Of a stretch of DNA of 64,000 nt, positions 39,011 through 54,000 are shown piece by piece. A program made the translations under genes and the position numbers. Below the pieces are notes generated by a model. That model saw only the letters and a list, made by a program, of their open reading frames with translations, was not told where the DNA came from and made no database searches. The stretch comes from Eledone cirrhosa. Its lineage: Eukaryota. The stretch is from NCBI GenBank assembly GCA_964016885.1, contig OZ024752.1:2914001-2978000 (forward strand), in the 5' to 3' direction. Position 1 is the first letter of the stretch, and every line of letters begins with the position of its first letter.

Positions 39011-40551
39011 CTTCTAAAATGACAGAAGCAAAGTTGCCATAGCCAATGTATTCTGCTGAAAGGAAACATTGTCTTGGGGCCAATTTCCTTCCTGGTTTTC
39101 TCTCTGACGTGACTTCTTTGTACAGGCTGCCCCTCTCACTAGTTATGCTGACGACAGGAAAATAGCAGACGGAATGTTGAAGATGCTTTACAACGAAAAT
39201 AATTGCAGTACAAACAGGTGTGACACGCCCCGAATAGTAGATCCACATTTCATTATGAAGTGAGAAACGACGCTAAATGGACAGAGTGATGTGTACGTCT
39301 GAAAATAACTGTACACAAAGTCAGACGTGTAATGGGTTGACCAAAAATGAGCAACTGAGTCTGAAGAATGATTTTAGATTCGTAAACTCTCACTAACTAT
39401 CGACTAACCCATACAAACCCAGTAATAATGCTTGCAGAGAGTAATCGCGTACCAGTTGACAGCAAACATACTAATTCCAAAGAAAATTCAAAAGTACCCT
39501 ACTTGTAATTGTAACTCTATTACACTCATACACATAACACCATCGCCCCTCACCTAAATGTATAGTAAAGCACAGAAAGGTTACCGTTTTGAACAAGTTA
39601 TATGTCGGCCATTGGTTCAAATTAGTTTCTCCTCTCAGCTCCCTATATCTCACTACTCTTACCTCAAATCTTACTTGCGTAATACTTCCCAGAATTATGC
39701 GCAACTACAATGAATACTCGAGCGTCTCTCTCGCTCTCTCACTCCCCATCTCTCGCTTTTCCACCCTCTCTCATTCCCCATTCTCTCTATATATATGTGT
39801 GCGTGTGTGTGTGTGTGAGTGTGTGTGTGCGTGTGTGTATGTACGTGTGTGTGTGAAAGAGGGAGAGAGATAGATAGAGAGAGAGATATGTCTGCGTGTG
39901 GGCATGTGTGTGAGTGTATATATGTGTCCGTATGCATATATGCGCAGATATAAAATCTTATTTAATGATTTGAGTAGAGTATGTAATAGAATCAAGCTGA
40001 ATAATGTTGAATGGAATTTCAAGGTATTTAGTATCACCACCTAAATATTTATTCATCCCTAGTGTGATATAAGGTCACAAAGTTTGCTTATTAGTGAGAA
40101 CATGTTCATCTCGGAAAGGGAGTGTGCGTGTGCTTGTGGTGGTCAGGAAAGTCGAATGACTCAGCTCTTCAATAAGAGAGGAACAACAGATGATATTTAA
40201 ATACAAAAAGAATATGAGCCATTAGTATGAATGTTGTATGCTATTCATCGACTGTTTTATATATAAGAGAACTTGTGAAGTGAATGGACTTAAAGTGAAG
40301 GAGTTTGAATAACCGAAATTATTGATTAAAAGTGATCAAGAGAATCAGCAAAATAAGTGAGCTACAGAGTATGACTGACGGGAAAGATAAGGAGATTTGT
40401 AGAAAGTCGTGGCGAAAGTCGTAAAAAGAGAAATAATTGTAAACAGAGAGGTGTAGGAATAAAGATTGTGATGTGTAAGAGGGGGAAATATAGCGAGAGA
40501 GAAGGAGAGATATGTCAGGCGAGAAGGAAATACAGGGGAAGACAGGGAGAA

Positions 40552-40556
40552 AGACA

Positions 40557-40637
<81 letters not shown>
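40552..40637. repeat. (GA)n microsatellite
   Basis: Directly visible. Confidence 0.97.
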
Positions 40638-40640
<3 letters not shown>

Positions 40641-41524
40641 CTAGGGAAATAGTCTTATAAGAATAAGAAGAGTGACAGAATAACAGAAAGTGAGTGGGAA
40701 TGTGTGAAGAAGAGCGATTAGATATTTAAAGCAACTGAAATATGGTAGATATATACATGCATTGGTTTGCAGTTTCTAAAACATTCATTCTGATTTTATT
40801 TCTACCCAGTCGAAGTACGGCAGACAACACAGAATATTTGTGGCGCCAAGCGTTATACCTAAAATGCTGCTGGTGTTTGTAATTGGCTGTTAATCGACAA
40901 CAATAAAAACACCAACAGCTTCGACAGTAGAAGCAATAGCAACAAGAGCATTAACAACCACATCCTAGGTGATAGTGGTTGTCATGGCTAAGGTAGTGAG
41001 CCCCTACTGACTGTAGTATGAGATAAAGCTGCTGTATTGGTAGGAATGGAAAGGAATGCCGTGGCAATATAGATCGATTGGGTTTGTTGTAAGACTACAG
41101 GTAGTATGATGTGTGAGAGAGAAAGAGGAATGCGAAAAGGGAAAGAATATAATCAAGCCAGTGTATATATGTATGTGGCTGTGTGTTAATGTGAATGTGT
41201 GTGTATGTACGTGTGCGTGTAAGCGTGTGTATGTATGTGTGTTTCTCTGCGTGTGTATGTGTGTGTGGATGACATTATGTATGTACACATGATTGTAAAT
41301 ATGTTGGCGCGAGGGAGACTAAATGAAAGAATACTATTAACATATATGATGGGAAAGGAAAGATATGAAAACCAGTGCAAAACGAGATGAGAAACGAATG
41401 ACTTGATTGAATGTGTATCAATGCATACATACATATATACATACACACACACACGCACACACATACACACATATATATAAACATACGCACACACACACAT
41501 ACACACACACATGTATATATAGAT

Positions 41525-41905
41525 GATGGCTGCCAACTCGTTTTCGAGTACGGCCACTACTTTATATCCATGTAGGAGAACCCCTACCGATGCGCTGAAC
41601 GAGTGGGACTTTTTGGTCCAGCCAGCGACTTGAAAACTCTGGTACAAACAATACACTTGTGACAATTATTGACACATAATGCTGGGTGCATGGTACCATG
41701 TGACGACAAGTGCAGAGAGGTCTCCAAATATAAAGCAATGCCTGTGCCGTGAAGGTTTTTATAGTGAGCAAAGGCACTGCACAAAGCCAGTCCCACTCTC
41801 TTCACCAAGATGATATTTACCAAAAAGAAGAACAAGTCAACATCATTGGATACCATTTGTCAAGTCAGAATTCTAGAAGGAAAACTCTGATATAACACCT
41901 GCAAC
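41525..41905 (+). mobile_element. Non-coding RTE-related fragment (5'-UTR-like)
   Basis: GC-richer block ending gaaggaaaactctgatataac, the same motif as at 17442-17464; bounded by microsatellites. Confidence 0.4.
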
Positions 41906-41907
41906 CA

Positions 41908-41977
<70 letters not shown>

Positions 41978-42124
41978 ATATATATATACATACATACATA
42001 TATATATTTAGAGTTGAAACAGATAGAAGGCTAAACAATCCAAAATGGACTGTAATATGAGGTAACGAAAAGTAAAAGTAAGTTACCTGGTAATATTTGT
42101 TTAGTTTTATTTTTGTTTTTTTTT

Positions 42125-44250
42125 TTTATCTGTCCAATACTTCGGGACATAAAAAGTCCCTTCATCAAGATTTAAGGAGACTTCAGTGGACGACATTCCA
42201 ATTTTCTCAGTTAGGGATTAAATTTTGATTTTGATTTAAATATTTTCTAAGTCGTTTTCAAGGGTATTTATGGTTATTTCGCTTTCCACGTGAATGACGT
42301 CAATTGCCAATATAGTATTTCGCGAAATCAATTTTCTTTTGTATATGAGATGTTTAGTTTGTGTGCCTGTGGATGTGTTCTTATGTCAAGTATTATGTGG
42401 TGAGTTCTAATCTATTATTTATTTGAGGGTTGAGTCTACGTAGGAGCAAGGCTTTCTTAATGCTTATGTTGCCCACATTCTATCAATGGCTTTAATAGTC
42501 ACGGTAATATGTTGGTTGATGTTTCTACATTTGTCAATGTGGTTTTTGAGTGAGAATGTGCGTGATCTTTCAAGCCAGTGATAGAAATGTGGACAACTTA
42601 AGAATTGTATATGGCAATCTGTGGGGCACTTTTGTTCTAGGAAATGGAATCTACTGAAGAGAGGGAATTCTCCGAACTTAAGTCACTTCAGCACGAAGCC
42701 AGGGAATATTGTGTAAGTCACCACAGCCTGAAGTGTACAAGTGTATGTGATATTTCTCAGGGTTCTGTAGAACCGAATGTGTAGAAAAAACCTACTACGC
42801 CATGACACCTAGCTCTTTACTAATTCAGAGATCTATTTGCGTGTTCCTGAACATCTTGGGTTTTTAAATGATAGTTTTGTGCTGTGTTGTGCAAGCTGTT
42901 GGTAAGTATAAATATATGCAGCTGTATTCTAAGATGTACAATCAGGCTAGCCATGGGAAGCCAGTGATTTTTATAGGCTAGACAAGATGGAGGTGCGTAG
43001 TTGTGGACCTGCACATATGGAGGCCCTTGTCAAGATATAAAACGTTTAGAGATAGTTATGTAGAAGGAAGCTCTTCCCACGGCTCTCTAATTATATAGAT
43101 GGGTGTGCTTTTGTATTATGATGTCTATTCTCAAGCTGTAGGATTGCTGGAGATTGAGATACCAGATAACAATGTATAACATAATATTTGTCCCATGATG
43201 CGATATTAGATCTGGCATGCAGTCTTCGGATAGTCAAATTTGTTAACCATGCTGAACATGTTATAGTGACGCCCTACATCCTTACTATCCATATGAGTAA
43301 CGGTTGGCTTCATATCTCAATAGGTCCTTTGCTATAAAGAGCCGACACATACAATTACCTAGCTGTCTTTCTATACTGTGTGATTTAGTTAGCCGACCTC
43401 AAAAATTGACTTGATACAGCATCATTGGTGGACATTTTCAGGACATTTAACGAGCAACCAACTGTGTGAGTATCTCGCATAATGTTGATACTAATGACAT
43501 CATAGATTATTTCAGAGATATATACAGATAAAGAATAGAAATTTATATTTCTCTGAAACTTTCAGAAAGTGCATTGTAATGGAGATCAATTTGACACTGC
43601 CTCGGTCATATTGTGAAACCTTGTTGTGATTAAATATCGGAAATCAACAATGTGTAATGTATTCTTACATCTTTACATTATACCATGAGTTTGGTCAATG
43701 ATTTCTTAACAATAAATAAGAGTGATACACACAGAGAATTAGAGCAGATTGAATTATCTTCTTCTGAAGACTGAAGACGGATATTTAATTACTATCAATG
43801 CATATGCACCTGGTTTTACATTAATTTTAATGCACCTATGGTTCGCTATAATGCAGTGGTACGCAGTTTATTTTTCAGAAGAGAATTTCAATCTTTTGAA
43901 ATTCGTAATGTATGAAGTAACTTTGAGCTAATTGAATAGCTCTTTGAACTGACCAGACCAGTAACCAACAAAAGCACATTGGCCGTAGAGTTGAGATGTA
44001 AAAGTTGATGAATAGACCTATGATATGGAAGAACATGCAGGGCCATAAATTTTGTTTATTGCATCATATAAACTTAGGACATCACGGAATATTTGAATAT
44101 ATCTGGATCTGGTGAGCTTTTGGATTCTACTATTCATAATTCAATGTACGAAAAGTCGATTGGATTTCACGACGAGGAGCTTCCCATTAAGTCCCTTTAA
44201 GTTAGTGGCGAACCATTGTCCAGAATATATCTGAGTGACTGGTCATCTCG
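42125..44250 (-). mobile_element. Old, degenerate Penelope-like element (different clade from 2640-6534)
   Basis: Minus-strand relics: LKGLN (44190), IYDVISI (43500; cf. FDV.SL), NHIDKC (42535), KKALLLRRLNPQIN (42440; cf. EAL.I....P.LN). These are followed by a decayed HHR (TTGATGA aGGGAC-tttttat-GTCCC GAAG, 42129-42170). Confidence 0.55.
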
Positions 44251-44628
44251 TTCACAAACGTTCGAAATCTTCAGGAAATTTCAGTGAACATGTTTTTTTT
44301 TTTGTTTTGTATGTTCTTAATCTGCTAGCTTCAGCAATATACCATACTGTGCGAAGCTTCATCAAGGTTATTTATCATCCATGCAAATCATTTCACTGAT
44401 GTGTCATTTTGAAGCTTTAGTTTGAACAAAAGTATGATGAAATACATATAAATATTGTGTCTGTTTGGGTAGGACCAATCGGGTGACTGATATTTAGTGA
44501 TCTCGAGAATTATAAGGGGTGTATATGCAATTTGCCTAATATCCAGCAAGTTAATGTATGTCTGCCGCCGCACCACAACACTGTATTAACAAAGATAATA
44601 TCTTACATGTCTTCCAGCATAACATATA

Positions 44629-44699
<71 letters not shown>

Positions 44700-44749
44700 C
44701 GAGAGAGAGAGAGAGAGAGAAGTGGTTACACAGCAGTTAGTTCGTCATA

Positions 44750-44789
44750 CCGAGAACAATTGTTTCAAATTAGCAGATCCTCAGCTCGG
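44750..44789 (-). ncRNA. Hammerhead motif with decayed stem II
   Basis: Minus strand: CCGAG CTGAGGA tctgctaattt GAAA CAATTG TT CTCGG. The partner copy at 45968-45996 has lost stem II. Confidence 0.6.
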
Positions 44790-45411
44790 AATAGGCATGG
44801 TTATAGGAACAGGAAGAACAACCGTACGAACGCGCATGCGCAGAAACCCGGTCACTTCACACAGGCAAAGTCCGAAAAGAGTTTAGGTTGAAAATAAAAT
44901 TACAAAGAATCAGTCCGGAGCCTTGTAGTTATTCAAGAGGTGTTTGGCGACGTGTGGACAACGTGTGAAAAATTCATTGCTCGTGTTTAGGCAATCATTA
45001 TTGCGTAATCTCTTTAGAATTATTGTTCGTTCGTCAATACATAAACCATACGTCGGAGTTCTCCTTGCGTATGGCTCGCACTTAGTTATGCCTTTGCATT
45101 GAATGGAGTAGTCTATACTTGAGTCCTTGAGGGACCATACGTGGCTCACGAATTTCGTGGATGAGCTTCTGTCTGGGTACCTGAAGGTAGAGGGTGGTTC
45201 AGGAAACGTTCCTTAAATCGGCCCTCCGCCATGCCCACATAGGATTTGACCTCATGTGGTTCGTTTGGTCGACAAAATGTTAAACTAGGATACTCCTGCG
45301 CTAAGAACATGAAGGCCCACATCCCCAGCATCCCTAGGAGCAAAACTTTACCAGGGTGCTCTTTCCTAAGCCTGAAGCTTGCCCCCTTCAACAGCAATAC
45401 AACACACCAGC

Positions 45412-45805
45412 TGTAATTTATAAAGCTGTTGTCACTTCCAACCGACCAGACGAACCATAGGAGGTCAAATCCTATATGGGCATGGCGGAGGGCCGATTTA
45501 AGGAACGCTTCCTGAACCACCAGTTTACCTTCAGGTACCCGGACAGACGTTCATCCACAAAACTCGCGAGCCATGTATGGTCCCTCAAAGACTCAAGTAT
45601 AGGCTACTCCATTCAATGGAAAGCTATTACTAAGTCCAAGCCATACGCAAAGGGAAATCCGACGTGTGGCTTATGTATTGACGAACGGATAACTATTGTA
45701 AAGAGTTTACCCAATAATGATTGCCTAAAGACGAGACATGAATTTTTCACACGTTGTCCACACGTCGCCAAACACCTATTACATAACTACAAGGCCCCGG
45801 ACTGA
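45412..45805 (+). pseudogene. GIY-YIG endonuclease C-terminal fragment of a PLE
   Basis: VIYKAVV...YMGMAEGRFKERFLNHQFTF...TKLASHVWSLKD...WK...CGLCIDER...RHEFFTRCPH; homologous to the end of the 3996-6029 ORF. Confidence 0.88.
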
Positions 45806-46517
45806 TTTTTTGTAATTTTATTTTCAACCTAAAAACGTTCCGGACTTTCGCAGTTATCTCCCTTACACCTCTCGCACGCAGTCTAGTATTACATGTGTGA
45901 AGTGGCCGGGTTTCTGCGCATGCGCGTTCGTACGGTTGTCCTTCCTGTTCCTATAACCATGCCCATTCCGAGATGAGGTGAAACACTTGTTCTCGGTATG
46001 GTGAACTAACTGTTGTGTAATCACTTCTACCTAACTCGTCCGATGGACTGAGTGCTCTACCACTACGGATATTACCTTCCAGTGTTCCACCACTATATAT
46101 ATTTTTTTCCTGGGTCCTGTATTTTCGTTGCACTAGTGATGCGGCTGGACTGCCGACCGCTATATCTGATTTGCTAAGCTGTCTGAACGTGATGTTATTA
46201 CTCTGGGGTCGTTCCTCATCTGAGTGCTCAAGCTACAGACCGATTATGCATATACGCTAGCTTGGCCGTATTCTAAAGCTTCGTCAATGCTGTACTAAAA
46301 TTTATATATATATATATTGCTAACCTGTTTAGCTCGCTTCGTTCTTTTGACTCCGGTGGCAGATAGCTTCATGACCGCCGTTTTCAGTTTGTCTGGCCTC
46401 TATAACCTATGTTAATTGCTCTGGTCTTCTTTTAGTCCATTGAGTTATTGCCGCATATCTTGAAAATTGCGTTTCGCTGTTTTTGACTACAGCCGAAATA
46501 CGATCTCGCTGAAATTA

Positions 46518-46616
<99 letters not shown>

Positions 46617-47149
46617 CTTCTATAATTTCTACTCAATAGGGTTTTAGGTAAAGAGTAAAAGCAATATTGATACTCTAACATATATACACTGACTACAATA
46701 ATAAAACAAACTATTCCTTACCCTTCTAATCAATAATAACAACAACAACAACATCATATAACGAAATAAACTGATGTAACAATTTTCTAAATAATTTATA
46801 AAACATGATCGTGTCAGATTCATGAAAAACCTTTTTGTTTCATGGTGAGTGTGTGATTAATTTATTGTGTCGTACGGGTCAAACCAAATACATTCTCTAG
46901 TTCGTGTTGTAGTTTGTGGCAACCTGTCAATTGTGTAATAGGAAACAAAATATTTCAGAATACAGAATGTACGAAAATATATATACATCTGCTGATGAAA
47001 CTCTTGTTATCTTATACATTTAAATCAAAAGTTAACTTGATATGGAAAAAAATAGAGCTGAAGGAGATACAGCATTTCTAGCTCCATCCCTCTTCTTTTC
47101 TTTATTTCTGTAGTATTTCTACTTATAATCCGTTGTATATATACACACT

Positions 47150-47251
<102 letters not shown>

Positions 47252-47829
47252 AGAGGGAGAGAGATAATATACAAATCATCAATCAGTCTATCATTCATTT
47301 TATGTGTAATATGTATCTAAGCTTCGATTTGTCAGTATATTCAAGTATTTATCAATGCATCATATCTCAGTGCTTCTATGTATTTCTCTATTGATCTATC
47401 TCTCTTTAACACTCTTTATATATGTATATGTTTGTGTGAGTAAGTATGACTGTGTGTGTATGTTTGTGCGTTTGTCTGTATGTGTGAATGTCCATGTATG
47501 TTGGTGTATATCATATGTATATCTCCATGTTTGTCAGACCGTATATCATTATACCTGCATGTAAGTTCTTGTCTACATTCATGTAGGTTTCATGTAGAGA
47601 TCGAGACATTATATAAATTATGACAAGAATTAATGGTAATATCACAGTCATTATCATAAGCAGCACAAGAACCAGCTAACATTTGTGAATCCTCTACACT
47701 TATATTATTATGGACAAATGCAATTTATTGAAGATAATAGTACGTATATTTTCTTCACCAATAAATTAAGTTTAAAACGTTAGTTTCAAGCAGTGTCTAA
47801 TTAGTATGCACTATTATATAAACCTAGAG

Positions 47830-48017
47830 GGTTGGTGAATTGGCAGTCTCAGTAGAGGGTCTGACGCCATGCTTTCCAGCATAGTTACGTCCCTTTACGG
47901 TCTGGGTTCAATTCCCGTCGAGGGTAACTTTTCCTTTCATCCTTACGGGGTCGATAAAATAACGTACCAGTAATGTACTGGGTAAGTGCTGGCCTTGTGC
48001 CAAAAGTAGAAACAACT
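47830..48017 (+). mobile_element. tRNA-derived SINE
   Basis: ggtgaattggcagtctcagtagag...gggttcaattccc...gtagaaacaa. Confidence 0.9.
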
Positions 48018-51000
48018 CTTATATAAACCCAATTAATTTATACAAGTTATCAATTCAAAGATTGATACTTTTCTATCCAGGACTACATTTTCTAATGTAT
48101 CCCTAGCTTTTTTGAAATAGTATATATTACGTATTATTGCTTCTCGTAGGTTGAATGGCAACAACCGTAATAAATATGTTATTTTCACGAAACAATACGC
48201 AGACCCCGGCAAACACAAATGGATTTAAATGATTCCAAAGTGCCACGTCTTATTCTTGAAGCAAATAATTTTATAGCTTGATTTCTTCTTAGCACTAAAC
48301 AATCAAATTACAATTAAGAATCTAACTCGTTTTTATTGTTTGAATTTGAGATTTAAATATACACAGAACTAAATTATGTGTTTTGCTGAGAAATACAACA
48401 CAATCGCATCTGTAATATTTGAACTACTTGAGCTAATAGCCATGATATAAGTAGTACAACACTGAAATAATTCACGTATATCACTTCAAATTGAAAGACA
48501 AAGGAAGCTTAGAAACACATAGTCAAGGATAGACTGACAAGCATTTACGAACGCTTAAATTTCTCAGATTCATGTTTATTAATCACACACAAAAAAAAAA
48601 GGAATACTAAATTCTGAATCATCGGAAAATTGTTTAAGGCAAGGCTGAATAAAATCAACTGATGGCTGGACTGTCTCCTTTCCTGATCCTCCACTGCAAC
48701 TCATACGCAAAGAAGATTAGGGGAATTAGAATGAATTAATATTTTAAAAAAGAATAAAAGCCTTGGGCCTTTTAAATACAACAGATAACTGTCTTATGAG
48801 TGACAAATCTAATTGAAAGATAATTCAGTGAGAAAATAAAGAAGAAAAATGTACTATATAAATGCATTGCAGCAATAAAGATGTCAACAACATTGTTGCA
48901 TGTCAATAGCATTAATAAATAAACATAGAACAAGATCTCTAGTTATTGAAATGTATTAAAGGTAATTCCTGAACGAAAAGTCTCTCTGCAAAGATGTGTG
49001 TTATATCCACCTGAATGATGTCATGAATTTCTTCTAATATCTTGAATACAACTGTAACTGGAATCCATATATGCGCGTGGAATTACATCACAGTCATCTG
49101 ATCAGAAGATTTGAAAGGCTTAACAAACTCCTGGCTGTGGAATTAGTGAGCTTTTCTTTGAATGATTGATGCATTTATTTAGATTGTTTGCTTCTTTGCT
49201 ATAGCTGTTAGCTCCTCCATTTTTCTTTTATCTGTAACAGCAAAGAGGGTGATGTGATTTTCATCAGGTGAGATAAAAACAAACACAATTATGGCACTAA
49301 GGCATCTACCACTTCAGTTTATGCCATCTAAAATCATGTCGCATTCAACATACAAGTGTTATTCCGAATACAATTCATTGCTTTTGTGATATTTCTATGA
49401 TTATTGCAACAGCATTAACACAATATATAGGCATACTTTAAGAGATTTTCTTAATAGATACGCATTAAATTTAGTCATAGATTTGTTGTTTAATAATTTT
49501 CTTTTAATTATTTGTCACATTATGTGTCAAGTCTCTATCATATTTTTTGTGAAAATTGTATTCAATATTGCAAACATTGTTACGTCTCGAATTCTCAGAT
49601 AAATTGGTGGAGCAGAATCGTTTCTCTATCTAGTGCTTAGATGTTATCTGTGTATATATAGGTAACGCATTGATAAGTTCATTGTCGAAGGTACCTTTCC
49701 AGTCACTACATATACATTGCTTGAAATTTCACATTAATTTTTTGCCCCAGTTGTATCTGCTGACTAGTGATTTCACGTGTAATGCATGATTCATTAACAG
49801 ATTTTAAATTTGCTTCCAGTTGTAAAGAAAATGTGCTTTCTGCAACACTATTGTTGAAATTGTAAGAAAGCTATAAGAAACATCATTCAGTGTCTCTGAA
49901 GCCATACCCAAATCTTTTAAAAATCATCTACGATAATAAAATTCGAGAATATTAGAAACCCACCAATACATAATATAATCCTTTATTAGTGTTCTTATTT
50001 GCTTAGTGATCATAGAAAACATGTAATTATAGCTATTGTTGGCCACCTGCCAAATGTGATAGAGCTCATCAATGATATAGGTATTTTCTTTCAACCATAT
50101 TGTCTCAGGTCTATCGGCAATTGCCTATATTTGTGACAGTATCGAAGTGCAAATATTACTACCACTAAAAACAGTAACTGAATTGCATAAAATATTAAAT
50201 TCATCACCGATCACATTTCATAATTGTTGTAGCTGATTTTATCTATCAGAATACAATGAGCCTCGCTAAGTCCCAATTCTCAGTGTTCCGAAATAATTAG
50301 TCATACCAAATGCTAAACCAGAATTTTGAAGTTTGCATATTATTCCTCGCGAATTCATTTAAAATATTTCCATTTTATTTTTCTCTTTCTCAATGGTGTC
50401 ACGAAAGACATATATATCTCCATATTGACACATACATTGAAACAATGTTTGTCTTTACTATACATCATACAAATATCTCACCTTTTAATATTGAGTAAAA
50501 TTTAATTATTGCACATTTTCCATATAAATATTTTATATATATATGCTGCATCCTCTGTATTTCATTCACTGACCCAATACTTACGGAAAATAAGGAAATT
50601 ATTGTAAAAGGTGGAGTAATAAAAAATGGATACCTGTATTGTTTCCAGGTGTTTAACGAAACGCTCTATCTGAATGTTTAAATATATTTGATTAAACTTA
50701 AATTTGGAACATAATCCAACAAATAATTATTTTAAATGTGTTAACGTAAAGCTGTAATTGACGTTTTCAATTCAAATAAGTACACTCTGCATTAGACTGA
50801 TTTGTTTCATAAAAAGCGAGGTGTCCTCTTGTGTGAAGTAATCTAGTGTTTGAATATAGCCCTGTGTTTATATTTGGTAAAAACATGATAAACTATTTGT
50901 TAGTTTAACAGTATTGATTTGCCTCACATATAAAATATGATATTCGAATATTCATCCGAATACATTCGATAATATACCCGAATACATATCGTCATTTATT

Positions 51001-54000
51001 GATGTCTTCTTTGGTTATATCTACTGAATATCTCCATTTACTATCTCCAATACCATGGCTATAACAATGACACATACTGTTGATTAAACGCCTATGCCAA
51101 TAATAAAGGTCCCATGGTTTATTTTGTATGTTTGCGATAAACCAAAAAACTATTCTCACAGTTATCACATTTTCAATAGCAAAGTGTTTATTGGGTGTTC
51201 CCATTTATATAGTTACTACTTTAGCTTAATGTCTTCCATGAGAAACGTGATCTATTAAGCATAACTTTTCAGTCAAAACAGTCCTATCGTCATGTATGTT
51301 TAAAACAACGTTGAATGTATCTCTTCACTAAGATATGTTGCAGTAATATCATTGGAAGACTTTGGAGCAGTACTCTATTGCACAAGCCAATGTCCATCAC
51401 ATCTATTAACCTTAGAGAATCTCAACAATATTTACACTTCCTAATTTACTTGAGAAAGGAAAGGTGGTATTGACCCTTTCTGGTGATTATAATTAATAGC
51501 ATTATCTATTTCAGCCAGAAAAAAAGTTATATCACCAACTTCATTCATAATGAAGCAAAGAACGATAGTATGGCATTTATTGTAATATAAGTTTAAATAT
51601 TTACGAACGTTTGTTATAGATATATTACACTCTTTTCGGTAGGTTATTCCATAACTTAATTTCAATTACCAGCTAAAATTGCTTTCGCTTCACATGTTAA
51701 TCTTACATATAATAGTATTGCTCAAGTTACGAAAACTACGTCACCAACATTATTCTGCCATGTTTTAATTGAGCTTTCTACAAAGCCAAAGGAAATGCAT
51801 ACCGTTTAGTGAAATTTCAGGTCAAATGCATTTTTGGACGGAGAAAGTTTTTTTATGGGATAATTATACGGGAAATGGAATTTTATTTCATGCAAAAAAA
51901 AACACACTTGCATCAATTTCAAGAATGTGTCTATGTTTAGAAAATTATACTTTAATTTAAATGTAGGTGGTAAATTTAAATGTGTCAATAAGATAAAATC
52001 ACCCACTTGCAAAATCAAATGGATATACAATGAGAGTTTTGATTTAGTAGAAATGGATCAAGCAGATAATTTAATGAGGTTTCATTAGAAACGTTTACGT
52101 TATTAAATAGACTGATAACATAATGCCTCCAATGTATAGATCAATGTTTTCAAAGAGAAGTATCATGCATTACAAAGTAATTAACTCCAGATATTAATAC
52201 CAGGTGTATTACTGCAAGTAGAAAAAAGCAACTGTAAGTTTAGATAAGATTGAGGCATATGTAGTTAGTGAGAAGGGTTGATGAATTTAGAAAATGACCA
52301 ACACAGAACTGATAGTTGTTAAAATGTAAGATTTGGTTATATCACATATGTTACAAAACAATTTTGAGAATTGTGTATTTGGTTGTTTGTTCTCGCATAC
52401 ATTCAATGTTGAAATGCAGAGACTCAATGTATTCTGATAGATAAGGTCAGCTACAGAAATGTGAAATGAGAAAGATCATGATTTTAGATTTATTGAAATA
52501 CTCACTTTTGGGGTATCTGAAACAGTCACCTCCACAACATTTGTCATTTGGAACCATTCTTTCATAGCTGCCTCGTAATGTCATTATTGAGTGAAATAAT
52601 GTATCTATGTAGCCGCCAGACCTGCTGGAGATAGTTACATAATCCAACTAATAGCCTTCTCTGCTGTGTTAAAACAATAGAGTGACAAAAAATATAATAT
52701 AATCCTAGACACACTAAGCCGAAACATACAGTGTAGGAGAGAGCACTTTTGATCACATGTTTGTTGATGCATGGCTGAAATGGGGTTAAACAATAATAAT
52801 ATATATCAACATATTTTAAACTTGCTTATCTTTTTTAACATATTGCTCAAGATTTGAAAACACGAAAGATTGAAAATGTCAAAGCAAGAAGAAAATGTTC
52901 AGAAAAATATCCAGCTGTTACGAAAAGAGTTTTTGTGTGATTTTCTGAAAAGGATTCATATAATTTTACTCCATCAAATAAAACACCTCAATAAACGATA
53001 GAAAATTGTGAAAATGTCCAATCAAAACTATTACCAAAAGTTGAGAGGTTTGACATTTTCCCTCCTTTGAAAGTTTTGGATGAGAAAATAATTATAAAAG
53101 TAAAACGTTTTGACTACAATAACTTTTATATAACAAAGATAGAAGGAAAAATTGATTCTAGATTTTCCAACTATTTCAATTTTTTAGATAAAAATGACAT
53201 TTTTCTTTTTTTATCATTTTCTGACTAACAGGAAAATGAAAGGAAATACTTATAGTAAAAATTGGAGTCTTTTGTTATCTTTTTATATATGATTATTTTT
53301 ATCTATATATAATTCTGCTTTTGAAACTGTCTTTTCATAATTTTTTCTTGTTAAAATACAATATGTCTCTTTTGAAAGGAAGTTCAATAAGATAAAGATG
53401 AATTTCTAAACTTTTGGAATATAGCAAAGAATAAGGCATGTTTTTATTTTAATTTCCTTTTGGGCTGTTTTGAAATTCCATTCTATGTTCAATGGATGTG
53501 GAACATTGGTTGATAGTTATATAGGTTCTGTATTGAAGAATATCGGTTTTTAACACAATTACCTTTGTTTGTAGATCTGTGCTATTCATAAGATGCTTGT
53601 AAAAGATCTGGAAAATTGCAATATTAACTAATGTTGACAGGCTAATTCTTCGAATGGATTTCAACTGACAACCTGAATGCTGTTTTGTGAAACAGTAGTG
53701 CCAGTCGTTCTCTAGAGACCAGCTCTCAACATTCTCCACGTTACTTACAATCACAGCCAGTGTTTCCTTAATGCCATGTTATCCACGATTTTGCATAACA
53801 GCCATTGACATTCCACAGTTCTTATTAACAAGAAAATAACTTCAGATCAGCTGAAGACTAGTCTTGAAAAGTTTTATGATTGGCTGCTTTTACAATGCAG
53901 AATTTATTCTCAACGAAACTCCAAACTAAATTAAACATATATGTGCGAGTTTTAACAAGATTACCGTGATGCAAACTGGTAGAGATATATTTTCTATTTT

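Larger units (their letters stand above)
44718..46028. mobile_element. 5'-truncated Naiad-type PLE with inverted duplication (fold-back, ~550-bp arms)
   Basis: 44718-45271 is the reverse complement of 45442-46028. The plus strand from 45270 encodes RQNVKLGYSC...CPL...VIYKAVV...YMG. Confidence 0.9.
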
